This document shows positions 25,301 to 39,908 of a stretch of DNA of 64,000 nucleotides, piece by piece. The position numbers and the translations under genes were made by a program. Source of the stretch: Tubulanus polymorphus (Eukaryota > Animalia > Nemertea). The notes beneath the pieces were generated by a model. It ran no database searches, had not been told where the DNA came from, and was given only the letters and a program-made list of their open reading frames with translations. Location of the stretch: the NCBI RefSeq assembly GCF_964204645.1, contig NC_134025.1:8680001-8744000 (forward strand), written 5' to 3'. Each line of letters begins with the position of its first letter. Position 1 is the first letter of the stretch.

Positions 25301-28300
25301 GATCAACTATGTACACATTTCAAATTTCAAACCATGTTTTATCATTAGAAAATTACGACACAACGTTCGATCTCTCACTAGAGATAATCTTTTTGAATTT
25401 GTACACTGAGTTTTCGTATCGTATTATCGTATTTTCAATTCTCTGCTTTTGAGTCAACAAGTACAAAGTTATTTTAGCAATGAAAATTTAATCGTCATTA
25501 TAAATGTTAACTATCCACTGGTAAACTTACTTACTTTTGGCAACTGACCTTAGATCGTGGAATGGTCTCAGGTGGCCTGCTGATCCCCTCTTTATTTATA
25601 CTACTGAAGAAATATACAGTATAAGACGTAAAAAGTATATGAACATATTATTTATCTTTATATCGCGATAATTCGTGTACGTATGATTGAAAAACGATAT
25701 TCTATCGAATCTCATGGTACTTATGATTATTGTGTATAGAATCAATAATAAGCAACCCTCCACGGATACGAAGCAGCCTAAGTTTACATCCTACCAAAAT
25801 TATCCTCGAAACTCTCAGCATTATTTCAAGGGTCGGTCTTAGAAAATATATGAAGGACGTGCTCACAGGTTAACGAGGCCAAAAATCTTCCCCAAAATTT
25901 CAAATTTTTACAAGCAAAGATAATATACTTCATGCTTTTGGTGCAGAAAAAAATACATGTCCACAAAATGCAAATTGTGTTTTCAAAGTAAACGATTGAG
26001 TGTGGAATTGTTTCGAATTCAAGGTTTTCCCATTAACACTCCGGTATTTTTCAATAAGTCAAATAAAACTATTGTTGATGTGATCAGATGGCCAGTTGAA
26101 TACTTCATCATTATATTGAAAGATATGTTATACTTAATGCATCTTTTCTTAGGCCTTACAGCTTTCTCTATTGGTTAGCGTTGTGATCACTCAAAATTAA
26201 CCATAAGTTTGAATTCTCACTGATCTACTACATCTCTACAACAAAAATATATTTCATATTAGGCGATTAACTTTGATCTGTGGTCAGTGGACAGCAGCTA
26301 CGAAACATTTCAAACTACTACATTATCATTCCATCTATTCGTGTATATATAATATGATATGATATCTTCTTTGTTCAGTTTAAAAGTCTTGATCGTAAAA
26401 GTTTGACAAGTCTCGCATGTTGGTACCGATACGCACGTTCACGCGAGTGAAATGTGCACGTTACAGGCTCAAATGCGCACGTTACAATTACAAATGGAAA
26501 CGTTGTTCGTTCAAAACCCTACGTAAAAATCTTATGCATTTTAGCGGAATTTCAAAGTCAGCTAGCTACCTACAACAAAAATCGGACAAGACTTTTTCAA
26601 GCGACACATTTAAATGTAAGAGCTAGTAGTACTAACGAAGGATTCACTAAACATATAAATTACTTATGGGGGTTCTGGTTAGCACTGGTAACTGGTCTGT
26701 ACTGGTCAAGCATTGGTCAGTTAAACAATTTTTAGATTAATGCCCACATCATATCTATTTATTTGACACCAAACAACTTAATTGTTTGCAAACAAATAAT
26801 TTACTATATGGTCAGTACTGGTCATGCATTGGTCAGTTAAAAGACCATGGTCCACGCCACATTTGATACCAAACATGATCGGATTGTGTCGTTTCGAAAA
26901 TTTATCGGTTGGGCAATCTGTGGTCAGCCCTGGTTCGTTAGGTTCTTATTTTGCGGGCATTTTATCTCGAACCACCGAAAGACCGAATCACTAATTAATT
27001 CACCAGATCGTTAATTGCTGATAATGAAGATTAGTGTTTAACTAACAGTCCTTGTCTGAACAAAATGTCTCTGGTATGGGTCCTATGGAATCATGTCCTT
27101 AACTGTACACCGTACTGTATCTTTGTACTGTATCTTTTTATTTTCACTACTACCGTAATTGACTATGATGTTTTCAAGTGGTCCTAAGTACCGCTAATAG
27201 CCGAAAGTCGTTGATTTATGTGAAATTTACATACAGCGCCACCCGTTGATAGTAAAACTAACCCGAGCAATACGGGTGTTAAATAGATACGCTAGCAAAG
27301 CGGCATTCTCATAATGCTCACCCAATTAATTAGGCAAACTCTGAATATCCTACCCTTCAACGGCACTGTGTGGTGTGTGCTCTTTAACGATATCAATTTC
27401 ATTAACGTTTAAATGGCTATACTTGACTTTAAGATATCACATTTGAATATGGTCATTTGTCGATTTTGCCGACGGGCCCGCCGCGGTACGCAGTTCGTGG
27501 TGACATCCGTTGCCTAAAATCTGGGGCCGCAATATAGGCTTACCCTTCTCCGATACACGTCCATGAAGGTCGTCGACCATGATTGCGATTTTGACAGCTT
27601 GCTTAGTCTGGCTGGGTTTACCAGTACTTAAGTATTTTAAAAGAATCGTCAAGTGATATATGCATGCCCTAACGCTAACAGACCCTAAAAGAATTCAGTC
27701 TGCCACATATTTTCTGGGCAATCCAACCGATCGGTGAGTAGTAGGCCTATAATCAATAATGAAGTAGGCCTAATTCAATTGGCTAATACTTATAGTTATA
27801 CAACTTTTAAGCACCATCGGCGTCGTCGTATCTGTGGTGGTTTACTAATTAGTATGTCCTAGTCGAAACTTAATTTAGCTCACAGCTGGAAAATTAATTT
27901 TGTCAAGTGTGACTAAAATGGACAGTGCACTACTACATTCAACAATATAATTTTGCACTATCCGAGAAAACCTTGTGAAGTATTGTCATTGAGAAAAAAA
28001 TGAACACACAAAAAATAAATTGCTCCGTGAGTGAAGAAGCTCCAAAAACTATGCGGGGGTGAACTGAAGGAAATGAGTATTAAGCACAAAATAAGTTACT
28101 TAGTACATAGCAATATCCATTCCGACCCATCATTTTCGAGCAGATTCTAGCCAATGCCCATGATTCCCGGATATAAGCAACACTTTTTGAGAAGGGTGAT
28201 ATGGAAAAAAATGGGAAATCTGAAAAATCTTCACACACAAAATTTACCACCAATGAATTGGTAACTAACTGAGTCAACTGAGACATCGACCCGGGCATGT

Positions 28301-29816
28301 CGGTGTATATTCGGCGAGAGGCACTGGAGGATAATTGTTGGCCTCCTACTTTTCAGGAATACTTCAAAGAGTCACTTGAAACTTCTGTCCCCGTATGAAG
28401 CTTGGCTGCCATGATTTTTAAACAAAACCTGAGTCCTTGATAACTTAGTATTGAAGAATTGCTGGCAAAGCTGCGCATAGGTGCAATATAGAAAAAAGTG
28501 TAAAATACTTGAATGTGGCAATCTTTTTGGAAAGCTATTAACCTTTGTTACGATATGAAATCCTGTTATTACATGATAATACAGGTGATATCAAATGAAA
28601 ACTACCCGGATTAGGTAATAAATAAGATTCCATCAGACACTGACACACATCTATGTAGATAAATCATCACTCATAGAAGGGTAACTATCATATATGTAGG
28701 CTAATATGTAAATGTTAGATTAAAGTTTACCATTGTTTTAGCCTTTCATTTTACATGTTACACTACCCCTATCATTATTGAAGAGTAAATCATAATTGTC
28801 AATCATTTTAGGTTGCACAAGGCATATGACAAGCGCACTATAGAGGCCCTAATTGTGTCCAGTCCAAGAAGATGTCTGCAAATGAATATGTTGCATTGAC
28901 TACGTTTGGTAAGTATGTTTAACCATGCTTAAATTGAAGCCTTTGAGATGTTCAAAATCATTGACATTGATTTATGTGGATAATTTCAACCATAGACATA
29001 CTATAGTAAGCACGGATTCTTTTTACATCTTGTATTTCAAATAAATGAAGAAAGGGTTTCAAACCGAAAACTGTATCTCAACATCATATTTCACGGAAAA
29101 TTGCTGTCTATTTGAAAATATCAATATGAGACACATCCGACCGCATAGGGAAATGCTGTTAGGCCTTTATTGAAGTTGGTAAACATCTGCTTCGAATAGG
29201 CTTATGTCGAGCTAAGTTGTATGGTAACAGATGGGGGAAATTTGCATTAACCGGCAATGTTTCGAAATAGTGTTGAAATATTTGTCACTGAATTCCTTTG
29301 TTGTGGTAGCGTTTTAGGTCTTCGTATTCACAGCGATTACGCTTATGTGTGTATATATGGACCTAAGATTGATGTTGTGTCCATAACTGGCATCTTTACG
29401 CCAAAAAGTCAACTTTTATTCTGGGCCCAAGCACAATCATACTTCCGGTTTTCATTGAATGGCGGCATTGGTGTACTGCCACCACCAGTAGCACTGATCT
29501 GCGGGCAATTTTAGATAATTGCTCGTAGCACTGATCAAAACATATAATCGCAGTGTATGAGCATCAGTAGGCGATGTTGCTTAGTGTCTATTGACAACAG
29601 ATGCAATAGGTCCTGAAAACATATTTCAATAGCGAATTGCAATAATGAATTATAACAACATAAGTAGCAGTAGCATGGAATATAGTTTTTTTTATCAATC
29701 TGCGTATATTTGTTTGCCATGGTACCTATAGTTCCGTTACCTGTGGCCTCCCACAGTCCCCACGGGCTCAGGTAAAATCCAAGTTCCAGAGATCTCATAT
29801 GGTATCTACGGGCCCT

Positions 29817-29954
29817 GGGGCTGGTTCCATAGTCATGACTTTAACTTAAGACTAGTCTAAGACTCTTAGTTATATAGCTAATCTAACAGCTTAAGATCAG
29901 TCTTAAGATTGAAGACCACTTTTGGACTTAAGTCTCGACTATGAAACCAGCCCC
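29817..29954. mobile_element. MITE of about 138 bp
   Basis: TIRs GGGGCTGGTTCCATAGTC / GACTATGAAACCAGCCCC, with internal CTTAAG-rich inverted repeats. Confidence 0.8.
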
Positions 29955-31878
29955 TACTGCATGATATACATACAGGTATATTATAAAATGATTCGAAAAG
30001 TTTTAAGTTCTGGTAAAAAAAAACCTCATCTGGGATACCTGGGGGATTTTGCTATTAATGATTTATACATGTACTAGTAGGCCTGTCATCGTTGTTCATC
30101 TTGGGCGTAGATGATACTTGGATCATTTAAACTGTTCTCATCAGGTTTATTAATGTTTGCATGCAAATATTATATGTCTATTGGTAACAAAATATTAAAA
30201 TTTCCATTGTTTTTTCTCTCTGAAGACCATTCATTGATAACGATTCCCTTTGGCAAAGTAAGTTCTTATCTGGTGAATATAACACGATTAGAAGCAATCC
30301 GGTACTTGTATTTTCCGGCCAATAAGTTGAGGACACTATTTTAGCTACAAATGCATGGATTTTGTACGGCTTCAGCCAATAAGTGAGGCCCGTCGTCTAA
30401 ACGTTTCGTCAACTGATTGGCCTCATTTAACTCCTTGGCCAGAAAATATGTTACCTCCTTATTTGCATGAAAGTCCTTTGGCAAAATATGTTGGAAACAT
30501 ATTACCTAAGCCTAAGCCTAAGCCTCTCTATCGCATCATGCATCTAAAAAATTTATCAGCTTTTTTCTAGATATGCATGTTTTTCCCATTGGTATTCTGG
30601 TCAATCAGGTCACACATTACCGGTAAATAATATAATAAAAAGAATTTGTAAGATTTGTAATTTGTAAGTTTCTATCATTTTAGAAATCAAATTCTGACTA
30701 ATATACCTAGTACATTACGTGTAGTGACACATTAAAAGTACATACAGGCCTGTGCAAACAATGAATTATGAAAAGTGAAACTCATTTCCATTAATAAAAG
30801 AATGGTTATATCTGGGTACAGGTCAACTAATATGATGAGATTAATTTTTTTTTTGAAGTGCTACTTCAGAAGATTGAGAATATAGGAATAAGTCTTAATC
30901 TACATCATTATATGAGAATATTGTTAAAATGAATGAGGTGGTTATTTCAATGCGTCAGGTGGCAGCTTGTGTCTAAACCTATTAATAATCCTGATCCCTT
31001 TTCTGAAACTATCGATCTACAGCATATTTGTTGAGTTTTGTAGGCTAGGGCTTCTAGATATGGTTTAGCGCGACCATTTGTCTTAGGCCTAATTGTTATC
31101 AATGCATTCTTTACACTGACTGTGCAGCTTAAATGTCAATCCCCTATGCATGCATTAGTATGTCCCTTACAAACTGACCGGGAAGAACGTAATGTGCTTT
31201 GGAAATCGGAGTACAAAACATAGACGAATGGTCAAATATTTTTTCTTATTTTTAATTAGATAGCTGATTCATTTATCACTGCTGATGAAATAAGTGTTCA
31301 AAAGAATTCGAATAATAAGGTGGTTTATCTACAAATATTATTCAGATTTTGTTGTGCCGGGTTCATTCTCTGTCAGCCCAGTCTACAGGTAAATGGTCAC
31401 TCAGCCATATAGGTCATTTAACGTTTAATGATAAATTGAGTATCAACATGTTTCTTATGAACGGAGATTGAGTAGAATATTTTAGGATATGAAGAATTGA
31501 ATGAAATCGATTACAAGTTAGTTGTGGAAGACACTGGAACACAGCGACAGCCGGTACAGCTGTGCGTTCTAGGTCTAGTCATGTCTAGTCTATAACATCA
31601 CACAGATCAGCACAGTTTTCTGCCGTGGACAGTTTGAAGTCTGTAATTTGGATGGAAGTCTTCACAATACTTTGCTGAATTGATTGATAGGATATATTAG
31701 TAGTTATATACAATTTGAAAACACATTTGAAATAGAAAAAAAATCATTGTGCTAGTTTCAATAACTACTGCACATATGTCATGCATATTTTGGTCAAGTA
31801 GTTATGTTTCTTCGACGACGTAAATATTCGGTGGAGTATATGTAAACTGAATGCTGAGGTTTATAAACACGGAATAAA

Positions 31879-34800
31879 ATGGGCGTGAAAAGTAGGAACA
31901 AATCTGACTATGTGGAATTAAAGGATGCTGGCAAGAAAACGGATAATAAGGAAAAACAGCCAAGTAAGATAAATAGAAACATTTTTCATCTGTCACATTA
32001 TCAGAATAGATGTAGATTTTATAGGCTGGAACTCTATACTTAGAGTATGAAATTATGTGTCTACAAATAACGGTAATACTTTTTACACCGGTCTGTAGGG
32101 AGTCGTATAGAATTCAAAATGATACATGTGGATATAGAATAATTTAATTCTATATAGCTACACATGCGTATGTGATCAATAATCTTCTTGATCCATATTT
32201 TTCAATGTTGAAAAAAACCTGGAACGCAATTGATTAGAACACTTTTGTCATATGCGCAGCAGTAATCCGCAGATCGTAATTTCATATCAACAGAACATTT
32301 TTATTACTTGCATCGTAAAATCAGAATTTTGGGTTGAAGAATCATTTCAAAAATGTTCTTGACACAACCAACATCGCATAAATGAATTCCACATAAATGT
32401 AAAGGATGTCAATGGATGAACTGAGAATAAAAGAAAGATGTGTTTATGATGTATACAAAATGAGTGCATTTATTTCGTCTGAAAGCATGCTACAGTAGTT
32501 TGTATCTTAACCATGGTGGTCTTTTTTTTTCATAAGCATAGCGTTCAATCATGCATATTACTGTATCTAGAGTAAATACAATGTAGTTCTATAAAATGAT
32601 CATTTTTCTGGCTTACCCTGGTGCACAGTGATGATTATCTATTCTGTCTAATTAAATTAACAGATGGAGAACCTAATAACACTAGTGATGAAGATGACAA
32701 TCCTTCACATTATACAGCTGACAATGCAGTTGAAAAAATCGGCTTCGGCTGGTTCCAGATCAAGATTATGGCAGTTGTCGGAATTTTCTCAGTAAGTATT
32801 CAATTAACTGAATTTCAGGGCAGCAGAAATACCTGTTCTACCTATTTTATTATGTAATGCATTTGGATAAAATTATATCAGTGAATATTTTTTCTTTAGG
32901 CAGCTGATGCTTGTGAAATGTTATTATTGGCCGTCCTATCTCCCGTACTGAACTGTGAGTGGCGTCTTCAGGAGTGGCAGGTTGCATTGATTACCACTGT
33001 AAGTTCCATTGAATTCATGTACTGAATAGTTTTTGATATCACTTTTTGGACAGTAAGTCAATTGCAATTGAATCAATTCATATGTACTATAAAATGAATA
33101 CTTAGACCCAATACACCCTAAAAATAGCCTGGAAAACTTTTGGCAACATTATATTCAATTGAGATAAGCTATTTTTTTACAATTTCACAAAATTAGACGC
33201 GATGGAAGAAAAATATGAAATGTGCTTATATCGATAACTATTTTCAGGTTGTTTTCTTAGGAATGTTTTCTACTGCACCTATATGGGGATCATGGTGTGA
33301 CAAATATGGCCGCTGGCCTGTAAGTGTATTCTTTCTTCTCCTTGGACAATCCTTAAATATATACATACATGGTGATATATGAAAGTAGAAACAATATGCC
33401 CCCTTGTTTTTTTCAAGATAATGGTGCTTGTATCATCTTGGATATTTTTCTATGGTATATTGACATCAATGAGCCCGACATACTGGTGGGTGCTGGGCAT
33501 GAGAATGATGGTAGGAGTCGGAATAGCTGGTGGAAGTTTTGCGTAAGTATTCTGTTCTTTATTTATATACAGGTACTCAATAACAGCATTCAATTCATAC
33601 AGAACCGGTGCATCTGATCAAAACTAAAATGTTCAGTGTGGTAGAATATGTTTGTTTAACTGTACCAGAACAATCGAGAGACCATTCAATTTTACACAGC
33701 TGTTCATCGTTGATGAAAATTCAGCGTGTTATTCTTTTTAGATCTTTTGACAATTCATCGAACCATACCCTTTTCTATAGTCTAGGATCAAAGTATTATG
33801 AACTGGAAGATCGAATTTATTCCAGATTGAAATCTTTTCTCCATCTAGCAATGATATGTATATAGCGGCATAGTGTGCAAATGTGAAATAACTGATATCA
33901 GTGCACTGGTGCCTTAAATCTACCTTATGCAAATATAATTCATGTAATGGCATACCTACGTGATTATTTCAGGTTTACATATCTTACAGAATACATTCCA
34001 TTCAAATGGAGATCAAAAATGCTTACTGTTCACCAGGTAATATTCTAGAGTAAAACATAAAATTTCAGTTAGTTAAGTTAACAAGTGGATAACTGCAATG
34101 ATGGAACTGCATTTTTCACTGTGGTAGGTATCCAACCTTTGAGCAGCTGGCCCCAGAACTATGATCTTCAATTGACTAAAATACTTCTTCTGCTATGATA
34201 ACATTTCATTGCAAAATCAATCTGATTTTATATCTTGTATTGTAGGTATTTTGGGCACTTGGATCAGTTTTAGAGATTTTATTAGCATATTTAGTTGTTC
34301 GCCAGTGGGGCTGGAGATGGTTCGTAGCTTTATCCTCCATACCACTTGGAGTTGCTGTGATAACTATATATTGTGTAAGTAATATGCCAGGCAAGAAATT
34401 TGAGATGAATTCATAATATTTGAAAATTTTCAAGTTGCATATTTTGTCTGTACATCTGAACATGTAGCTCATTTTTGACATGTTCATATTTTTGATATTC
34501 GCAGTGTATACCTGAATCTGTTCGATATCTAGTCACAGCCGGACGAAAAGAAGAGGCTGTCTCTGTACTGAAAGATGCTGCCAGGATAAATGGAACTTCG
34601 ATTCCTGATGGAGAACTTATAGGAACGAAAGTTGTGAGTAAAATCTGAATTGTCAATTTACCAATTCTGTATCAATTTCTGTAACAAAAATATTCAAGTG
34701 CTAACAATTGCTTCATAATTGTAACTTTTGTACTTTAAGAAAACACGAGGTACGATTTGGGATCTCATTTCGCCCGAATATCGATGCACCTCAATGTGTT

Positions 34801-36144
34801 TAACTATGGTATGGTTTACGGCAGCTTTCTCATATTATGGAATGGTTTTGACAAGTTCTGAGATCGAAAAATTTCAGTCTCACTGTGCTGTGCCACCACC
34901 AGGTAAATTTCAATTTTCTAACAGAAGGAAACCTGCCATGTGGGAATAACCTAAGGTTGAACAAATTGTACTACCAGTATTTTGATGTTGTGTAATTCCA
35001 TTCAATCTGGATCAGCTTTTTTATTCAGCTTATAATAGTGAGTGATATATGGAAATTTTCTGTTTTCGATACAGATAAATTTCATTAGTAGCAGATGGTA
35101 ACAGTTTAAGCGTTAACATTTTGCCTATATATTATTTGTTTATGATCTCTAATAGATTTTTTTTCAAATTGTTTATTTCAGCTGTAAGCCAAGGTAACCA
35201 TACAATACAAAAATATCAGTGTTCTTTGAACTGCCATGAGTTAGCTGATGATGATTATATTACTATGATCATATCGGCTTTGGGAGAGTTTATATGTAAG
35301 CATATTCTTGTTGAACTCTAATTGATTTGAAACAAAACCTTTCCTGTACAATTAATTTGACCTTGTTTTCTAAATCTATCTTTTCAGCTATACCTATAAA
35401 TTTTGTACTACTTGACTATATTGGAAGGAAATACACTTTAGCAGTGAACTGTTCACTGGCTGGTATTGGCTTCATGTCTTTACAAATATGTTCGTCACGG
35501 GCGGTATTATCTGGCATTTCTATGGTTATTCGCTCATTTTGTACTGGTACATTCCTCGCTACATACATCTATACATCCGAGGTATATCACGGATTTAGAT
35601 CTATAAGAATGAATCCATTTTTCAAAAAAAGACATTCATAAAATATTAAAATACCAATATCTATCTTTAAGGTCTATCCCACAACAGTGCGTTCTTTAGG
35701 ACTTGGGATAAATAGTTCTTTTGCACGAATTGGTGCGATGGTAACCCCTTTTGTAGCTCAGGTAGGTATGGAAATTATCATGGAAGTATCATCTGCAAAG
35801 AGATTATGACAATATTAATGTAAATCTAACCCAACAATTTTCTCTAGGTGTTGCTAAATTCATCTCCACATATCACTGCGTTCTTGTATGGTGGCGTGTG
35901 TATATTAACTGCTGTCATAGCCTGCCTTCTTCCAATAGAAACAAAAGGCCGAGAGATGCCAGTAAGTACTTGGTATCTTTAAAATATACAGCTTTAAACA
36001 ACTTCTTTTGTAAATTTAACTATGAAGTACAAATAGCTGAGTATATGGTGCATTGTACTGATAGTTTTGATGTATGATAGTCTTTTTGTTCTCTTTCAGC
36101 AAACTGTTAGTATGTATGAAATACCTATGCCCGATGGAAGATGA
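31879..36144 (+). CDS. SVOPL: SVOPL/SVOP-like major facilitator superfamily transporter (SV2-related, SLC22 clan), about 516 aa, 14 exons
   Basis: Phase-consistent GT-AG exons 31879-31963, 32664-32791, 32900-32998, 33248-33319, 33418-33542, 33973-34036, 34246-34374, 34505-34633, 34740-34902, 35182-35295, 35388-35581, 35672-35761, 35848-35961, 36100-36144 (1551 nt). Motifs [90 protein letters not shown] and the overall pattern favour SVOPL over SVOP (judged by eye). Confidence 0.92.
34066..34156. mobile_element. Partial MITE in SVOPL intron, same family as 60251-60383
   Basis: AGTTAACAAGTGGATA core and ...CCTTTGAGCAGCTGGCCCCAG terminus shared with the 60251-60383 copy. Confidence 0.55.
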
Positions 36145-36611
36145 GGAAATTTCAGAATTAAAACACTTGTACAAGTTTTAACATTGAATATATTTACAGA
36201 TACTTTTTTGAGGTCATGTGTTTGCTTACACCTGACTACATGCATATTATGCTATAGATGATGCAATATATTTCTATTGTTTTTAGTGGAAATGGAATCT
36301 CTTCAGCCAGTAACACTGAAATAGATAGGCTGGATTACTATTTGGTGTAAATTTTTGTTAACTGTGATATTGTGCAGTACATGAAGATAAATTTTATTCA
36401 CTTGGTATATTGTAAAGTAACATGTTATAATTGTCTGTAATTGCAATACAAAAGTTTGAATCATGAATTTTACAGTAAAATATCATGAGAATATATTTTA
36501 TTGTAAATGTTTTACGGCTATATTGCCACATGTGATTTTATCCACACATACATTATTTTAGTAAACTCTACAAAATTCTAGATTAATAATGTTACCAATA
36601 TGTAAATGTGG

Positions 36612-36621
36612 AATAAATAAA
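36612..36621 (+). terminator. Candidate polyadenylation signal of SVOPL-like gene
   Basis: AATAAATAAA about 470 nt after the stop codon, at the end of a UTR-like AT/TGTA-rich tract. Confidence 0.55.
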
Positions 36622-37386
36622 TGTAGATGTACATCATTAGAGTTGGTCTTGATTTAATTATTCATCAACTTCATCACTACATCAAATTTCTATCAATCTG
36701 CCCACGAAAGATCTTTCGTTTCTGTCATTCCACATTAGGACCAGACCAAAGGAACAGAATATTGATTTTCTCTGATCAAATTTTGGGATGAAAGATTTGA
36801 ATGTAGAGGAAATGTTAGAAATGTCTACATATTCAAAGATGACCACAAAACAGGGAGAATGGCACCGATCATTTAGAGTATACCCATACATTAACAATTG
36901 TGACTATAATGTGGTTCAGTGAACGGAGTATATCCTCTTATTAGTGTACAGGACATTCCAACATGCTATAATCAATTAGATTGGATTTGAACCTGGACCA
37001 ACACTGTCCTATTTTCCACATCTGTAGAAATGAGTCCTTAAGCTTTTTTTCATTTTGGTGTTTGACTGATGTCGATAAACTGCATATGCCCTCTAGTGAC
37101 TTAGCATAACTATGAACCTTCCGAGACATCCAAGTTCTAATACAGCAGATCTAAATCCTTGAATTCATTACCGAAGTTCGAATTTAAGACACCCTATTGA
37201 GTTAGAACATGGGGAATGCAACCACCATAAAAATGCATGACATGGTTGACATTTTCTAACGTTGACATGAAGAGAGATTCAGTCCATGATTAGCTCAGCC
37301 GAAATTCAAGCATCCTTGAAAAATAGGGAATACAGATCCAGATACAGACAGCTATCATTCATTTAAATATCACCATAAATAACTGA

Positions 37387-37392
37387 TTTATT
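37387..37392 (-). terminator. Candidate polyadenylation signal of afadin (3' UTR about 2.5 kb)
   Basis: AATAAA on the minus strand (TTTATT forward). 37390-39900 is TGT/T-rich on the minus strand with no coding signal, as expected of a UTR. Confidence 0.4.
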
Positions 37393-39908
37393 GTTGAAAT
37401 ATATATGTAAAATGACAGAATAATCAATATTTGTTAGCATAATACATTACAATAATAATACAACATGACCAAGCTGATAAAAACCTAAACAAATAAACAA
37501 TGAGAGAAAAGCCGTGCACCATGCTGTGAAAATTTAGTACAGTGTATCATAAAAAGCCCACTCGACGTTTCATTACTAACTGCCCTTCCCAGTGTGAGAT
37601 AATAAATACAATTTGAGCAGTTTTCTAGGAGTTTAAATTTCCGAGTACACTGTACAAGTAACATTCAAGTGTCCGTTCAATTTAGTAAGAAAAGAGATGA
37701 GAACTGAGTTAAAGTTGTTATGAAGATAAATACAAGATAAAAGTTATCAGTTATAAAACAAAGAATGGTATTTTCGTTGATTTTTCTGAATGCAAGTAAT
37801 ATACTTAATGAAAGATGTTTTTAGATAATATGGATGTCGTTGATACTGTACATATTTATATACCACTAGTTATTTCGGACATTTTGTTTAAGGCAGAGCT
37901 TTAAAAAAAGAGAATTCTTGAAAGCTACATCAATAACTACTGCTATAAGTCATTTTGGCAATTTTACCAATGATAAGCAATTTTCTCGCATTGACGTATA
38001 TTACAGATACAATTCGAATATCAAAGCATTTCTCTTCTTATAAAACATGATAATTTACACAATATTTACACACAGGACGCGACGGCTATGCCCCTTTTTT
38101 TAGAAAAAAAGAATACACAAATCACATAGACAATTCACTATATACACACAATACATTATGATTGATTTAATAATTTATTGCTATTATAATATACGTAAGT
38201 GACACACGCTGAACAACAGCATTTGATGTTATCCTTTCTCATCTTGGGTCCGACTTACAACTAAAACAATCAAAAATCTTGCTTACGACATTTGTGAAGT
38301 GATGCATGGATCGCACACATCGTGCACTGCTGACACATGATCACAAAGTGCTTCGAAACAACTACGTACTACTAAACTACCAACAATTAATAACTGGAAT
38401 GTCACAACTAGTGTTAATTTTATCAATCGATCTTCGGAGAACTGTTTAAAAATCTTTCTCAAAAGAAAACCAAACAAGCACACAGTAATAATGATAATAA
38501 CAGTAATAATAATGATGTTGATAATAATCTAATCTTCTAACTCTATGCATGGAATGCTTTATGGTTAATGATCGTTTTGGTAATAAAGTGACAGACCAGG
38601 AAAATAATTCATCTGAACAGTAATTTGTATCTCATCTGAACAGTAATTTGTATTTCAGATGAATAAAGAGATGACTAGCGATGTGAGAGGACGGCTTGGA
38701 TACATTGCAATATGTTAACACCGCCACCAATTAGTCTAAAGAACAGGTCAGGATTGTTTGACCAAATTTCATTCTACCGCATAAATATTTTACCTTTGTC
38801 AGCGAATAGTAAAACAATACAATCCCCTACTTATTTAGAATAAGTTTTTTTACTCCTTTTCTGATTGAAGTGAGAATAATTTTTTGAGCGCGAGCCACTA
38901 ACATAAGAAAAACATTATCTTGAGTCATTCTGATCTTAAGAGAACATATCATTTTTTCCCACACTCAAATTAGATCCAGTTAGAATTAACACCTCATTCA
39001 TGTATCCAAAAAAATAACATATTTCGACAACCACGTTAAGTGTAACGTAACTGTAGATTTGAATCAAAGTAGGTGTATTAATGAAAAATTCCAAGGTTAG
39101 CGCTTCATAATTCAATTCCCTAAAAACCCCTGTAAAACAATACTCCACCAAAACAATGCCAACAGATTAAACAGAAGTTGGGTTTTGAGATATTTTATCC
39201 CAACAATTCATTTCATGAAATCATTAAAACTATTATTCAAGTTTATGAGTCTATATACAATACAACATACAGTGAGCGATAAGACAGATAAAACAGGTAT
39301 ACAAAACGCAACTGATATGCTGTTATTCATGCATGTAAAGTACACGTGATATGTATCAAATCGATTTCCCATCGTTATTTAAGGCAGGATTAAAGATGGC
39401 AAAAGTCATCGATAAATTTATAGAAAAGATAATAAGTAGCGAATACATGCATATATCATTTCAGAATTTCTAGCATAACGCATAAACTATAAGATAAGTC
39501 AATATATCATAATCCAATTTTGACATTTTCATCTTTGATAAATTTACATTTCTAAAAATAGCTTTTAGGATGGATGAATGGCAGGAATGAACAGTAAAAG
39601 GTCTACAAAAATTCTTCTGGACGTAATATGCATTGGCTGGATAGATTTCCAAGCTGCAGCGTACAAGTGGTAAATATTTTCAATGATCCACTTATGAAAA
39701 AATTGGTGAAAAAGACTGCCAACAACACAATAACTTACATAGATAAATACATATAAGAATAATCAGGGGATATATCAACTAAGCACAATATTCTGTGGAT
39801 TTTGTAAAATAACGATCAATGAAAGTTATTCATTTTCCACCTTTTTAAGATACATTGGGTTACATGCACATGCAGCCAGGTGGTAATGAATGCCTTTAGA
39901 TAAAGCTA

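Noticed and set aside
30505-30525. (TAAGCC)3 telomere-like repeat
   Set aside because: Only three units inside a repeat-like fragment, too short to imply an interstitial telomere.
36680-37330. Possible gene remnant between the convergent 3' ends
   Set aside because: All frames are interrupted and no motif was recognised.
38626-38663. 23-bp tandem duplication with flanking ATTCATCTGAA/TTCAGATGAAT palindrome in the afadin 3' UTR
   Set aside because: Small local duplication or footprint with no support for function.
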